A stretch of 64,000 bases of DNA from Pseudomonadota bacterium. GTDB taxonomy: Bacteria; Pseudomonadota; Gammaproteobacteria; Burkholderiales; Burkholderiaceae_C. Below, piece by piece: positions 1 through 10,186 of this stretch; positions within the stretch are counted from its first letter, which is position 1, and each line of letters opens with the position of its first letter. Made by a program: the position numbers and the translations under genes. Below the pieces are notes generated by a model that made no database searches, had not been told where the DNA came from, and worked only from the letters and a program-made list of their open reading frames with translations. The stretch covers positions 188,054-252,053 of the forward strand of contig JAZKAY010000002.1 in assembly GCA_040388905.1 (NCBI GenBank), given 5' to 3'.

Positions 1-231
1 CATCTGCACAAAAATACGGGCGCGGGCAACGGCACTTTCACTTTCATCAACATCGCCAGTTGGGACAGCGCAGAGCACTGGAAGAAGTCGCATGACGCTT
101 ACGCACCGACCGAATACCTGATTCCAGGCGTGAAAGGCCACCCGTCGATCTACGAATGCATTGTTGACCTGGTGGGGGCGGGCCGTACCGGAAGCGGTGG
201 TGCGTTTCTGAGCATGGCTAAAAAGGACTGA
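1..231 (+). CDS. 3' fragment of an ABM (antibiotic-biosynthesis-monooxygenase-like) domain protein; 5' end lies outside the window
   Basis: Frame 1 is open from base 1 to TGA at 229-231. The translation ...GTFTFINIASWDSAEHWKKSHDAYAPTEYLIPGVKGHPSIYECIV... looks like a dimeric alpha/beta-barrel ABM domain (recalled, not searched). Confidence 0.45.
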   Translation, partial: HLHKNTGAGNGTFTFINIASWDSAEHWKKSHDAYAPTEYLIPGVKGHPSIYECIVDLVGAGRTGSGGAFLSMAKKD

Positions 232-278
232 CTGACTGGCTGACTGCCGGCGGGTGTTGGCCGCCAGCTTTGACAACG

Positions 279-1241
279 TCAGGCGGCGGCCTTGAGCGCG
301 TTCTTCAGCGTGCCAATGCCCTTGACTTCAATCTCGATCACATCGCCAGCCTTCATGAAGACTGGCGGTTTGCGGCCCACACCCACACCGGCAGGCGTGC
401 CGGTCAGCAAAATGTCGCCCGGCTGGAAGGTATACCACTTCGAGAAATAGGCAATCGTTTCTGCCAGCGTGAAGATCAGGTCGCTGATGGGCGCCTTCTG
501 CATCTCCTTGCCATTGAGGCGTGTGACGATTTCAAGCGCGGTGACATCGCCGATGTCATCCGAAGTGGCGAGCACCGGACCCATGGGTGTGAAGGTATCG
601 AACTGCTTGCCCATGATGTTGGTCTCCCAGGTCAGGCGTGCGGGCCAGGCCTCCTTCGCTTCCCACACGTCTTTTACCCAGTCGCGTGCCGACACATCAT
701 TCGCCGCCATGTAGCCCGCCACATGGCTCATCGCATCTGCTGCACTGACCCGGTGGCAGGTCTTGCCGAACACAACTGCAAGTTCACCTTCGTAATCGAT
801 GTGGCCCGATGCGTCGGGTGGGACGGTGATGGACGCGCCGGAACCAACAATGGAGTTCACGCTTTTCAGGAAGCCCGTGGGTTTGGCGGGCGTCGGTGTA
901 CCGGCCATTTCAGCCAGGTGTGACTTGAAGGCCAGGCCGGCCGCGACGATCAGGCGCGGGTTGGGCACGGGTGTGAGCAGGCGCGTGTCGGCGCCGGTCA
1001 GCGCGCCGGTTTCGCGAAGTTGCGCGAGCTCAGCCGGTGACGCGGCCTCCACACGCTTGACAAGTTTCTTTACCACTGCAAGGCCGTCCGGTCCGGATTC
1101 GAGGATCTCGCGCACGCTGCCGGGTATCCACGTTTCAAGCGTTCCCGCCTTGGCGGCTTTGGCCAGGTGAAGGATTTCACCTGATGTCAGCATGGCGCCT
1201 GGAGTGCCTGCTGCGGTGTTGTTGATGGTGACGAGCTTCAT
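279..1241 (-). CDS. fumarylacetoacetate hydrolase (FAH) family hydrolase/isomerase
   Basis: 320-aa ORF. The C-terminal half has FAH-fold hallmarks (GYMAANDVSARDW, GDILLTGTPAGVGVG). The antisense ORF 270-923 has no protein-like features. Confidence 0.85.
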   Translation of the reverse strand: MKLVTINNTAAGTPGAMLTSGEILHLAKAAKAGTLETWIPGSVREILESGPDGLAVVKKLVKRVEAASPAELAQLRETGALTGADTRLLTPVPNPRLIVAAGLAFKSHLAEMAGTPTPAKPTGFLKSVNSIVGSGASITVPPDASGHIDYEGELAVVFGKTCHRVSAADAMSHVAGYMAANDVSARDWVKDVWEAKEAWPARLTWETNIMGKQFDTFTPMGPVLATSDDIGDVTALEIVTRLNGKEMQKAPISDLIFTLAETIAYFSKWYTFQPGDILLTGTPAGVGVGRKPPVFMKAGDVIEIEVKGIGTLKNALKAAA

Positions 1242-1288
1242 GATGTGTTCCGGAAAATTCTGTTCTTGATGGCGTGTTGTGTATCAGC

Positions 1289-2275
1289 TCATTCTTCAGC
1301 GGTGAAGCCTGATGCCTTGATCACCGGCCCCCACGCAGCAAGGTCTGCCTTGATGAGTTCGGCAAAGCTCTGTGGTGTGCCTTGTGCGGCCTCCATGCCG
1401 AACTTTGCATAGGTGTCCTTGAGCTCCTGCGACTTCAGCGCATCGTTGATGGCTGTTGCTGCTTTGGCCACGACGGCTGGTGGTGTGGCGGCGGGCATCA
1501 GCACACCGAGCCAGACTTCAGCGACCACATCCTTGAAGCCCAGTTCGACCATGGTGGGCACGTCGGGCATGAATTTGTTGCGCTGCGCGCCGGTGGTCGC
1601 CAGCACACGCAGCCGGCCCGACTTGAGTTGCGGCAACACCTCGCCAACCGGGTTGAAGCTGGACGAGATCTGGCCGCCCATGAGGTCCTGCAGCGCCGGC
1701 GCGCCGCCCTTGTAGGGCACATGCAGGATGGGAATGCCGGCAGCCTTTGAAAACATCAGGCCTGCAAAATGCGGCGTGGCGCCTGCAGAAGTCGATGCGT
1801 AGGCGGCCTGCTTCGGGTTGGCCTTGCACCAGGCGATAAAGTCAGCCGGTGTCCTGACGCTTTCGGGTACGGTGGGCCCGACGATAAACGCCAGGGAGGT
1901 TTTGGCACAGACGGCGACCGGTGCGAAATCCTTGATGGGGTCGTAGTTCAGTTTGCGAAAGCTGTGCGGATAGATCGTCATCGCAAAATCTGTCGTGAAC
2001 AGCATGGTGGTGCCATCCGGTGGACTGTTTTTCACATACTCGACGGCCAGCCTCGCTGCTGCCCCCGGCCTGTTCTCGACCAGCAGCCCTGCAGGATAGC
2101 TGCCCCGTATTCTTTCCGCCAGGCTGCGTGCCGCGACGTCAGTGCCACCACCGGGCGGGAAGCCGACGATGATGCGGGTGATTTTGTCCTGCTGCGCGAA
2201 AGCTGTGCCGGGAAGGCCCAGCGCGGGAATGGCCACACCGGCGGTTGCGGCGACGAGATGCCTGCGATTGATCAT
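1289..2275 (-). CDS. Bug-family (TctC-like) tripartite tricarboxylate transporter substrate-binding protein
   Basis: ORF 1289-2371, with the start moved to ATG 2275 (MINRRHLVAATAGVAIPALGLPGTAFA, a Tat-like signal peptide). Bug-family motifs are present (VENRPGAA, PYKGGAPALQDLMGGQI). Confidence 0.85.
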   Translation of the reverse strand: MINRRHLVAATAGVAIPALGLPGTAFAQQDKITRIIVGFPPGGGTDVAARSLAERIRGSYPAGLLVENRPGAAARLAVEYVKNSPPDGTTMLFTTDFAMTIYPHSFRKLNYDPIKDFAPVAVCAKTSLAFIVGPTVPESVRTPADFIAWCKANPKQAAYASTSAGATPHFAGLMFSKAAGIPILHVPYKGGAPALQDLMGGQISSSFNPVGEVLPQLKSGRLRVLATTGAQRNKFMPDVPTMVELGFKDVVAEVWLGVLMPAATPPAVVAKAATAINDALKSQELKDTYAKFGMEAAQGTPQSFAELIKADLAAWGPVIKASGFTAEE

Positions 2276-2408
2276 GAATTTGTCTCCTTGTATGCCGCCT
2301 GAATCTATAGGCGTGGATCGATTTTCGGAAGATGGCAGGACTTGCGCTGCGATATCAGAAACACATCGCATTTTTAAGGGTTAACCACGAGATCCCTGCG
2401 GTCGCGTC

Positions 2409-3578
2409 TTACTTGACCAGCTTGCCGTTACGGTTGAGCAGGGTGATGTCTACAAATCGTGAGCCGTGGTGTTTGTCAGGTCCGAATTCGACAACGTAGT
2501 TGCCGAGGTCCATGTTCCTGATGCTTTCGATGGCGTCCATGAGTCGTTCCCGCGTCAGGTCGCGGCCGGTTTTTTTGAGCGACTCGACCATCATGCGTGC
2601 AGAGACATGACCCCACAGCCCGAGGTGGGTGAAGTCCGATGAACCCCTGCTCTTGCCGACGGACTGGTATTCACGTACCAGTGGTATGGCTGCTGTCGTC
2701 GGGAAAGGAACGATCTGCGACACGACGAGACCGTTGCTTTTTTCACCGAGCTGTTTGAAAACAATGTCTGTGCCCACGCCTGAAAAAGCCAGCAGCAAGG
2801 CAGCAGAGCCGCCGTCCTTGAAAGCACGTATGAAGTCGGCAGCATTGGTGCCGACCGCGCCGAGGATGACTGCGTCTGGTTTTGTGGCCAGCAACTCGGC
2901 CGCTGCTTTTGTCTTGTCGCCCTGCAGGTCGAATTCAACGCTGGAGCGCATCTTCAAACCCCGGTTGGCAAGTGAGCGTTCCGCAGCCTGCTTGATGGCA
3001 ACGCCGAACGGGTTCTTGAGGTGGGCAACCGACACGTTCTTCGCACCAATCGTGGCTACGTGGCCCACCAGCTTGTCGATTTCATCTTCAAAGCTGGCAG
3101 TGACGGTGAAGTAGTAGCGGTTGGGTGCGCGCCTGATGGCAGCGTCACCATTCATGGGGAAAAGAAAGGGCGTTTTCGCGGCCGTTGCAACAGGAAGTGC
3201 CGCAACGGTATTGAGCACGCCCAGCACGCCGAAGATCGCCAGAACCTTGTCGTTCTCGATGAGGTCCTTGACGTTGTCTGCCGTTTTTGCCGCAACGTAC
3301 CCGTCATCCTTCGTCAGCAGTTTGATGCGCCGGCCATTGATGCCGCCCTGCTTGTTTACGAAATCGAAATAGCCGTTGGCTGCCTCATTAAAGGGGCGTG
3401 CCACTTCAAGCAACGGGCCCGACAGTGCCGTGGACTGGCCAAGAATGATCTCCCTGTCGGTCACGCCGTTTTCTGCAGCTGAGGCCCTGAAGGCCGTGCC
3501 GACACCCAATGTGGCGCCCATTCCGTGCACCAGGACCGTCCGCCTTTGCAGGGAACTCATATTTTTAAACACCGACAT
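2409..3578 (-). CDS. ABC transporter periplasmic substrate-binding protein, LivJ/branched-chain-amino-acid family fold
   Basis: ORF 2409-3650. The most plausible start is ATG 3578 (GGGA 5 nt upstream; MSVFKNMSSLQRRTVLV... signal); ATG 3560 and 3593 are alternatives. It is the last gene of the livHMGF-like operon. Confidence 0.8.
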   Translation of the reverse strand: MSVFKNMSSLQRRTVLVHGMGATLGVGTAFRASAAENGVTDREIILGQSTALSGPLLEVARPFNEAANGYFDFVNKQGGINGRRIKLLTKDDGYVAAKTADNVKDLIENDKVLAIFGVLGVLNTVAALPVATAAKTPFLFPMNGDAAIRRAPNRYYFTVTASFEDEIDKLVGHVATIGAKNVSVAHLKNPFGVAIKQAAERSLANRGLKMRSSVEFDLQGDKTKAAAELLATKPDAVILGAVGTNAADFIRAFKDGGSAALLLAFSGVGTDIVFKQLGEKSNGLVVSQIVPFPTTAAIPLVREYQSVGKSRGSSDFTHLGLWGHVSARMMVESLKKTGRDLTRERLMDAIESIRNMDLGNYVVEFGPDKHHGSRFVDITLLNRNGKLVK

Positions 3579-4260
3579 ATTTTTCCCAGACATCTGAAGC
3601 GTTTCTAAGGGCATTGGAGTCGCCGCTCCAGACGACAACGCCGCGATCAATCACGTTGTGGCGGTCGCCGATTTGAAGTAAAGGTTCAAGGTATTTGTCT
3701 ATCAGCAATATGGCCATTCCTTCGGACTTGAGGCGTTTGAGGCAGGCCCAGATCTCCTGCCGTATCAGGGGTGCCAGACCTTCCGTTGCTTCATCAATGA
3801 TGAGCAGCTGGCCATTGCGCAGCAGCGCGCGGCCAATGGCCAGCATCTGCTGCTCGCCACCTGACAGCTGGTTGCCGAGATTGGCCTTGCGGCGTGCCAG
3901 CGAGGGGAACTGCTCGAACACTTTCTCAAGCGTCCATGCCCCGGGGCGCGCAAAGGCCTGCAGGTTCTCGGTGACCGAGAGGTTGGGGAAAATACGGCGC
4001 CCTTCAGGCACCAGCGAGATTCCGGCTGCAGCCACCTTTTCGGGCCGCATGCCGCGTATCGGTTGGCCGGCGAAAGTGATGTCACCGGACTGCGCGGGCG
4101 TTAGCCCCATGATGGAGCGCACCGTGGTGGTTTTGCCCATGCCGTTGCGGCCGACCAGTGTGACCACCTCGCCGGCATTGATGGTCAGGCTCATGCCAAA
4201 CAGCACCTTGCAGTCGCCATAGGCTGACTGCACATTCACGAGTTCAAGACACTTGTTCAC
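3565..4260 (-). CDS. ABC transporter ATP-binding protein (LivF-like)
   Basis: Walker A GRNGMGKTT, signature LSGGEQQML, Walker B LLIIDE. 4-nt overlap with the upstream gene. Confidence 0.92.
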   Translation of the reverse strand: MNKCLELVNVQSAYGDCKVLFGMSLTINAGEVVTLVGRNGMGKTTTVRSIMGLTPAQSGDITFAGQPIRGMRPEKVAAAGISLVPEGRRIFPNLSVTENLQAFARPGAWTLEKVFEQFPSLARRKANLGNQLSGGEQQMLAIGRALLRNGQLLIIDEATEGLAPLIRQEIWACLKRLKSEGMAILLIDKYLEPLLQIGDRHNVIDRGVVVWSGDSNALRNASDVWEKYVGV

Positions 4261-5012
4261 TGCGTTTCCTCATCGCCCAGGTAAGCCTTGCGCACCGCGG
4301 GTGATGCCCTGATGGCGGCCGGTGCGTCGGTGGCTATGACTTTCCCGTAGACCAGCACGCTGATCTGGTCTGCAAGCCGGAAGACGGCATGCATGTCGTG
4401 CTCGATCAGCACAATGGTGGTTTGCGCCTTGAGCCGCTCAATCATGTGAACGATCTGTTCGGCATCGGATGTGCCCATGCCGGCAAGCGGTTCATCCAGC
4501 AACAGGAGTTTTGGGCGTGTGGCCAGGGCCAGCGCAATTTCTATGCGCCGCTGCTCGCCATAGGACAGTGATCTGGCCAGCTGCTGCTCGCTGCCCTGCA
4601 GGCCGACCATCGCAATGATGTTCGTCGCCTCGGTGATGAGTTCGCGCTCGTTGAAAGGCGAACCATAAAACCTGAAGCTTGATCCGCTGCGCGCCTGCAC
4701 CGCCAGCAGCACGTTGTGCAACACCGTGTAGCCGGTAAAAATATTGGTGAGCTGGTAGGAGCGGGCAATGCCAAGTGCCACGCGCTTGTGTATGGGCAGG
4801 CGTGCAATGTTGCTGCCCAGAAATTCGATGCTGCCTTCATCGGCCATCAGCGTGCCGGCGAGCTGGTGCACCAGCGTGGTCTTGCCTGCACCATTGGGGC
4901 CGATCAGCGCATGAATGGTGTTGGGTGCGATGTCCAGGCTGACATGGTCTGTGGCCAGGATGCCGCCAAAACGTTTGACCAGTTTGTTGATGCGAAGGAC
5001 GGGCGCGATCAT
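4257..5012 (-). CDS. ABC transporter ATP-binding protein (LivG-like)
   Basis: Walker A GPNGAGKTT, signature LSYGEQRRIE, Walker B LLLLDEP. 4-nt overlaps on both sides. Confidence 0.92.
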   Translation of the reverse strand: MIAPVLRINKLVKRFGGILATDHVSLDIAPNTIHALIGPNGAGKTTLVHQLAGTLMADEGSIEFLGSNIARLPIHKRVALGIARSYQLTNIFTGYTVLHNVLLAVQARSGSSFRFYGSPFNERELITEATNIIAMVGLQGSEQQLARSLSYGEQRRIEIALALATRPKLLLLDEPLAGMGTSDAEQIVHMIERLKAQTTIVLIEHDMHAVFRLADQISVLVYGKVIATDAPAAIRASPAVRKAYLGDEETQ

Positions 5013-6088
5013 GACGAGCCTCCTTCAACAACGGAAGCCTTTTTACGGCCGAACAGCGCGGTGAATTTTTCGATGAGGCTGGCGATGCCGTTGTTGCCGA
5101 AGAGCACCACGGATATCAGGCCGATGCCGACGAAGAACTGCCAGTACTCGGTATGGCTGGAGATGACTTCTTCAAGCACCAGCAGCAGCACGGCGCCATA
5201 GATGCCGCCGCAACGGTAGCCGACGCCGCCGACGATCAGCATCATCAAAAGGATGCCCGATTGTGTCCAGTCAAGAATCCGCGGGCTGACATAGGCGTTC
5301 TGATTCGCCAGAAGTGCGCCGGCCAGGCCTGCAAAAGCACCGGCGATAACGAAGCAGACCAGCTTGTAACGATAAACGGGTATGCCGATGGCCGACATGC
5401 GCGATTCGTTTTCGCTGATGCCGCGCATGACCACCCCGAACCTTGAGCGCACCACCAGCGTCAACAGGAACATGGTGGCTGCAGTGAGCACGAACACGAC
5501 GTAGTAAAAAGTCGTGTCGTTGGCGAGGTCAAGGCCCAGACCGAAGCCTGAGCGGCTGGCCAGGCTCATGCCGTTGTCGCTGCCGAAACTTTTCATCCCG
5601 ATGAACAGGAAGTACACCATCTGGCTGAAGGCCAGGGTGATCATGATGAAGTAGACCTGCCGCGTGCGCAGGGCCAGTGCACCGACGGCTGCGGCCAGTA
5701 CGGCCCCCATCAGCATGGCAAACGGCCAGGCGACCCAGGCGCTGGCTACCCACTTGGGCAGCACGTCGCCGCCCAGCAGGGTTGCTGCACCGACCGCGTA
5801 GGCACCGACACCGAAGTAGGCGGCATGGCCAAAACTCACCAGCCCGGCGTAACCCACCAGCAGGTTCAGGCTGCTCACGACGATGACGTAAATCATGATG
5901 CGCGTGGCAAAGCCGATGTAGAAGGTGTGGTCCGTCGCCGACGCGGCGAGTGGAAACACGATGGCTGCAGCCATGGCAATCAGCGCTGCTGTCCATTGCG
6001 GTCCGGTCAGCAGGCCTGTGGTTTTGAATTCTGGAATCTGTTGCGCTGGGAGTGCAGCGCCGTGTAAGGGATCTGGAGTCGGCATCAT
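5009..6088 (-). CDS. branched-chain amino acid-type ABC transporter permease (LivM-like)
   Basis: 359-aa polytopic membrane protein within the operon; overlapping stop/start codons. Confidence 0.88.
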   Translation of the reverse strand: MMPTPDPLHGAALPAQQIPEFKTTGLLTGPQWTAALIAMAAAIVFPLAASATDHTFYIGFATRIMIYVIVVSSLNLLVGYAGLVSFGHAAYFGVGAYAVGAATLLGGDVLPKWVASAWVAWPFAMLMGAVLAAAVGALALRTRQVYFIMITLAFSQMVYFLFIGMKSFGSDNGMSLASRSGFGLGLDLANDTTFYYVVFVLTAATMFLLTLVVRSRFGVVMRGISENESRMSAIGIPVYRYKLVCFVIAGAFAGLAGALLANQNAYVSPRILDWTQSGILLMMLIVGGVGYRCGGIYGAVLLLVLEEVISSHTEYWQFFVGIGLISVVLFGNNGIASLIEKFTALFGRKKASVVEGGSS

Positions 6089-6999
6089 GCAGTTTTAAAG
6101 AGGCCCTGGGGACGCCATATGAGGACCGCAATCATCAGTGCGTAGGTCAGCATGGCAGCGATGGCGGGTGCCATGGTGTCGGCGGAAAGATTTGGGAGGT
6201 AGGTACGCATGACTGATGGCAGCACAGAGCGGCCGAAAGTATCGAGAAAGCCGATGGCAATGGCGCCGAGGAATGCGCCCTTGATGGAGCCCATGCCGCC
6301 AATGACCACAACCACGAAGGCCAGGATGATGATGCTTTCGCCCATTCCCATCTGAACTGAAAACAGCGGGCCGAGCAGGCCGCCGGCCAGCGCGCACAGC
6401 ATGGCGCCCAGTGCGAACACAAGGGTGAACACCAGCTTGATGTTCACGCCCATGGCCTGCGCGGTTTCACGGTCGGATGCGCCAGCCCTGATCCACATGC
6501 CGAAGCGCGTGCGGTTGATCAGCAGGCTCAACAGGATGGCCGTGACAATGCCGACAGCGATGACCACCAGACGGTAGGACGAATACGAAAACCCGTTTGC
6601 CATCGTCAATGGCTGGCTCAAGGCCGCAGGCATGTCGAGCATCACCGCACTGGGACCGAAGAAAAAGCGGATGACATCGTTGGAGACCAGGATCAGGCCG
6701 AAGGTGGCCAGAACCTGGCTGAGGTGGCTACGTCCGTAAAGCCGTCGCAAGAGACTCATTTCAAGCAGTGCACCCACCAGCCCTGCCGCAATGATGCCCA
6801 GTGGAAGCGCCAGCGCGAAATTGCCGGTCAAGCGCATGAAGACCACGGTCAGGAAGCCGCCGAACATGTAGAGCGACCCATGGGCCAGATTGATCAGGTC
6901 CATGATGCCGAACACAAGCGTCAGCCCTGCTGCGAGCAGGAAAAGCATGAGCCCCAGCTGCAGACCGTTGAGGGTCTGCTCTATAAAAAACGTAGACAA
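6085..6999 (-). CDS. branched-chain amino acid-type ABC transporter permease (LivH-like)
   Basis: 304-aa polytopic membrane protein starting MSTFFIEQTLNGLQLGLMLFLLAAGLTLVFG, a typical LivH N-terminus. Confidence 0.9.
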   Translation of the reverse strand: MSTFFIEQTLNGLQLGLMLFLLAAGLTLVFGIMDLINLAHGSLYMFGGFLTVVFMRLTGNFALALPLGIIAAGLVGALLEMSLLRRLYGRSHLSQVLATFGLILVSNDVIRFFFGPSAVMLDMPAALSQPLTMANGFSYSSYRLVVIAVGIVTAILLSLLINRTRFGMWIRAGASDRETAQAMGVNIKLVFTLVFALGAMLCALAGGLLGPLFSVQMGMGESIIILAFVVVVIGGMGSIKGAFLGAIAIGFLDTFGRSVLPSVMRTYLPNLSADTMAPAIAAMLTYALMIAVLIWRPQGLFKTA

Positions 7000-7017
7000 C
7001 TCGACTCCCGGGTGAGG

Positions 7018-8187
7018 TTACATGCGGCAGGCAGATGCGTTGCTGGCGGCCTGCTGTGTGGCAATGGTCTTTTGGGTCTGGTTGAACAGCTCGCCGCTGT
7101 TGGACTTCATGACCTTGCGCAGGTAGACGTTTTCAATCGGGCTGTGGTCCACGTTGAAGCGGAATGGGCCGCGTGGTGCATCGAGCTTCACGCTTTCAAA
7201 TGCCTTGCGCAGCGCCGCCTTGTCTTCAATCTTGCCCTTGACGGCCTTGACTGCGGCATCGATCACCAGTGCGGTGGTGTAGCCCTGCTCGTTGTAAAGC
7301 GTGGCGGGGCGGCGGTATTCCTTCAGGAAAGCCTGGCTGAATTGCTTGTTGGCTGCGTTGGGCAGGTCCAGGCTCCAGTGACCGCCGGTGGTGACGCCGT
7401 TGGTACCTTCACCCACGGATGCAATGGTTTCTTCGTCAGCCAGCGGTGCTGAACCGTACAGCGGAATCGACTTCAGGCCGGCCTGTGCGTACTGCTTGAT
7501 GAAGTTGACGGCCAGCGGACCGAAGGCAAAGGCGTAGACGGCGTCAGGCTGTGCTGCGCGGATTTGTGCGAGCTCGGCGCTGAAGTCAAGGGTCTGGGGC
7601 TTGAAATAGGTTTCACCGGCGATGCTTCCCTTGAAGGTTTTCTTGAACGCTTCCAGGTGTTCCTTGCCAACGGGCACGCCTGCGCCAATCACGTACACCT
7701 TCTTTGCGCCGACTTCTGTGAGGTGCTTGCCCATGGCCTCGTTGACCGCTTCGATGTGCCAGCCGGTGTTGTAGTAATAAGGACTGCACTTGGCGCCCAC
7801 CAGGTCGTGCGGGCCGACATTGGTGTTGATGAACAGCACCTGCTGCTGTGCAGCCTGGGGCGCGATGGCGTACACCACGCCTGAGGCGACAGTACCTGTG
7901 ACCAGGTCGATTTTGTCGCGCTTGACCATGCGGTCGAACACCTGTTTGCCGACTTCAGGGTTGCCCTGGTCATCGCCAAAGATCACTTCTGCGGGCAGGC
8001 CGCCCAGTTTGCCGCCGAGCTCCTTGACGGCCAGGTCGAAGCCTGCACGGATTTCCTTGGAAACACCGATGGTCGGTGCAAGTGATGCAGTGGCAAGAAA
8101 GCCGACCCTGATCTTGTCGGCGGCCCACACAGGGGACAGTGCGGATGCAAGGAGTGAAAGGGCAATGGTTTTTTTGATCGCGTTCAT
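7018..8187 (-). CDS. ABC transporter periplasmic substrate-binding protein (LivJ-like), first gene of the operon
   Basis: ORF 7018-8352. The start was moved to ATG 8187 (MNAIKKTIALSLLASALSPVWAADKIRVGF, a Sec signal peptide; GAGGAAAC upstream). Confidence 0.85.
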   Translation of the reverse strand: MNAIKKTIALSLLASALSPVWAADKIRVGFLATASLAPTIGVSKEIRAGFDLAVKELGGKLGGLPAEVIFGDDQGNPEVGKQVFDRMVKRDKIDLVTGTVASGVVYAIAPQAAQQQVLFINTNVGPHDLVGAKCSPYYYNTGWHIEAVNEAMGKHLTEVGAKKVYVIGAGVPVGKEHLEAFKKTFKGSIAGETYFKPQTLDFSAELAQIRAAQPDAVYAFAFGPLAVNFIKQYAQAGLKSIPLYGSAPLADEETIASVGEGTNGVTTGGHWSLDLPNAANKQFSQAFLKEYRRPATLYNEQGYTTALVIDAAVKAVKGKIEDKAALRKAFESVKLDAPRGPFRFNVDHSPIENVYLRKVMKSNSGELFNQTQKTIATQQAASNASACRM

Positions 8188-8841
8188 GGTTTGTTTCCTC
8201 GGGTTAATTGATGAATCAGATGACTTTTGCCTGATGTATGGGCCGGATGTCGTGGCTTGCCAATCGCTGAAGCCGGATGACTGATGAAGAGGGCCTGCCG
8301 AAGCAACCCAGGCAAGCTTCACGTCACGGTGTTGTTTTTGTTGTCCTTGCACCGCCCGCTGGGCTTGCTGCTGTTTTTAATTCATTTTGGTATTCAGGCA
8401 GTGAATCTTTGGCATTGATGAATTTGCTTCCTGACTGGTGCGGACGGGTTGCCCAAAGGGGCTTTTGCAGGCGTTTGCCGTGAAGTTCTGTCATGGTGTT
8501 GTCTCCGTTTTTTCTCGCGGGCGACGCATGTGGCGGGACTCGAATTCATCCCTCTCGCCCGTGGCGCCTGCTGACCTGTTGCATGGTTTTGGCAGCTAAT
8601 TGCCCTTCACCCATTAAATGCAATAGCAATTAAATTTTGACGCATTCTGTCGCCATAATTTTTCTTTGTCAACCGACTAAATTCCTGTTTATTTGCAATT
8701 TTCATTGGTGAATTTGCAAGTATTTTCCTTTGAGTGGCCTAAAACCAAGGGTAAGCCCTTATAAAAATACATGCAAATGCAAATAACATTCTTGTCAATA
8801 AGCGTGCATTAACACCAGTCGTTTTCAAAAAAGGACACCCC

Positions 8842-10110
8842 ATGAACTCTCTTGCTGACCTGCCTGCGTCCATACGCCCCAATGAAGATTTCGCATGGGC
8901 GCCCGGCCGTTTTTCTCCTGTACCCGGTGCGCCGCCGCTCTCGACAATCATGGCTGCCGCGACTGAATTGCGGCCTTACCTTCGTGAGCGTGCGCGCCAG
9001 ACAGAAGAAGACCGTCGTGTGTCTGATGAGTCCACTGAGCTCTTTCGCAAGGCGGGGTTTTTCAAACTCATGCAGCCTGCACGTTATGGAGGTTATGAGT
9101 ACGGCTTCACCGCTTTCACCGATGTGATCAGTGAGCTCGGCCGTGCCTGCACGTCGTCGTCATGGGCGTGCTCGCTCGGTGCGATTCACCAATGGCTGGT
9201 GGGTACCTTTCCTGTTGAAGCCCAGGACGATGTCTGGAAGGACAACCCGGATGCCATCGTGTGTGTGTCCTATGCGCCTGTCGTGAAGGCCGAGCGCGTA
9301 CCGGGGGGCTACATGGTCGAAGGCAAATGGATGTGGGCGTCCAACGTCGACAACTCGCAGTGGGCCATGCTGGGTGTGCAGTTGCCCAATGACGACGGCA
9401 AGACCATGCAGGCCGGGTTCCTGCTTGCGCCGCGCAAGGACTGGGAGATTGAAGACACCTGGTACATGGCGGGCCAGTCAGGTACGGGTTCCAAAACAGT
9501 GGTCATCAACAGGAAGACTTTTATTCCCGAGCACCGCAAGCTGACGTTTGCCGAAGCGTCGTCCAACATGCCGCCCGGATGCGCGGTGAACCAGAACCCG
9601 ATTTACCGCATCCCTTTCCTGTCGGCTGTGCCGGTGTGCCTGGTGTCTCCGTTGCTGGGTACCGCGCAGGGTGCGATTGATGAGTTTGTCGACATGGCCG
9701 GCGCGCGCGTGACACGCGGCGCGGTGGCAGGTGGCGGCAATCGCCTGAGTGAATTTTTCCCGGTGCAGTCACGGCTGGCCGAGGCCAGTGCCAGCCTGGA
9801 CGCCGCACGCCTGCTGATTTACCGCGACACCGCCGGCGTTGAGCAGATGGCTACTGATGGCCGCATCATCACCATGGATGAGCGCATCCGCAACCGCCGT
9901 GACCATGCATTTGCAGCCAGGCTGTCACGCGATGCGGTGGAAGCGGTTTTTGCAAGTGTGGGCGGCGGTGGCCTGGCACTGGACCAGCCGCTGCAGCGCA
10001 TGTGGCGGGATGCCAATGCCATCTCGCGCCACATCAGCCTGAACTGGGATGCTGTGTCGTCCATGGTGGGGCAGTACCTGCTGGGCATGGAACCCAAGGG
10101 CCAGTACTGA
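8842..10110 (+). CDS. acyl-CoA-dehydrogenase-fold, FADH2-dependent aromatic hydroxylase, oxygenase component (GraD/resorcinol-hydroxylase-like)
   Basis: 422-aa ORF with AAGGA 6 nt upstream of the ATG. The fold is ACAD-like. It sits directly before a gamma-resorcylate-decarboxylase-like gene, with a flavin reductase gene 3 kb downstream. Confidence 0.75.
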   Translation: MNSLADLPASIRPNEDFAWAPGRFSPVPGAPPLSTIMAAATELRPYLRERARQTEEDRRVSDESTELFRKAGFFKLMQPARYGGYEYGFTAFTDVISELGRACTSSSWACSLGAIHQWLVGTFPVEAQDDVWKDNPDAIVCVSYAPVVKAERVPGGYMVEGKWMWASNVDNSQWAMLGVQLPNDDGKTMQAGFLLAPRKDWEIEDTWYMAGQSGTGSKTVVINRKTFIPEHRKLTFAEASSNMPPGCAVNQNPIYRIPFLSAVPVCLVSPLLGTAQGAIDEFVDMAGARVTRGAVAGGGNRLSEFFPVQSRLAEASASLDAARLLIYRDTAGVEQMATDGRIITMDERIRNRRDHAFAARLSRDAVEAVFASVGGGGLALDQPLQRMWRDANAISRHISLNWDAVSSMVGQYLLGMEPKGQY

Positions 10111-10186
10111 ACTGACATGACCCGCCGCGTGTTGTTCTGCAGTGGGCATCAAACAAAAACCAAAGACATTCAACAGGAGATATGAG

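Noticed and set aside
7018-8352. Longest-ORF starts for several genes: 7018-8352, 1289-2371, 13580-15205, 16775-17431, 18304-19935, 27212-28615, 39920-40861, 40711-42849, 42797-43957 and 54739-56163
   Set aside because: The N-terminal extensions lack coding character and cross promoters, a riboswitch or neighbouring genes. Internal starts give canonical signal peptides or family N-termini, often with SD sequences.
8324-8494. 56-aa minus-strand ORF with a textbook SD (GGAGA-N7-ATG) in the long spacer upstream of the Liv-type operon
   Set aside because: By my count, third-position GC is only about 40% in a genome whose genes are strongly GC3-biased. The product is hydrophilic and has no recognisable features. 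It is more likely non-coding leader or promoter DNA, though Ribo-seq could revive it.
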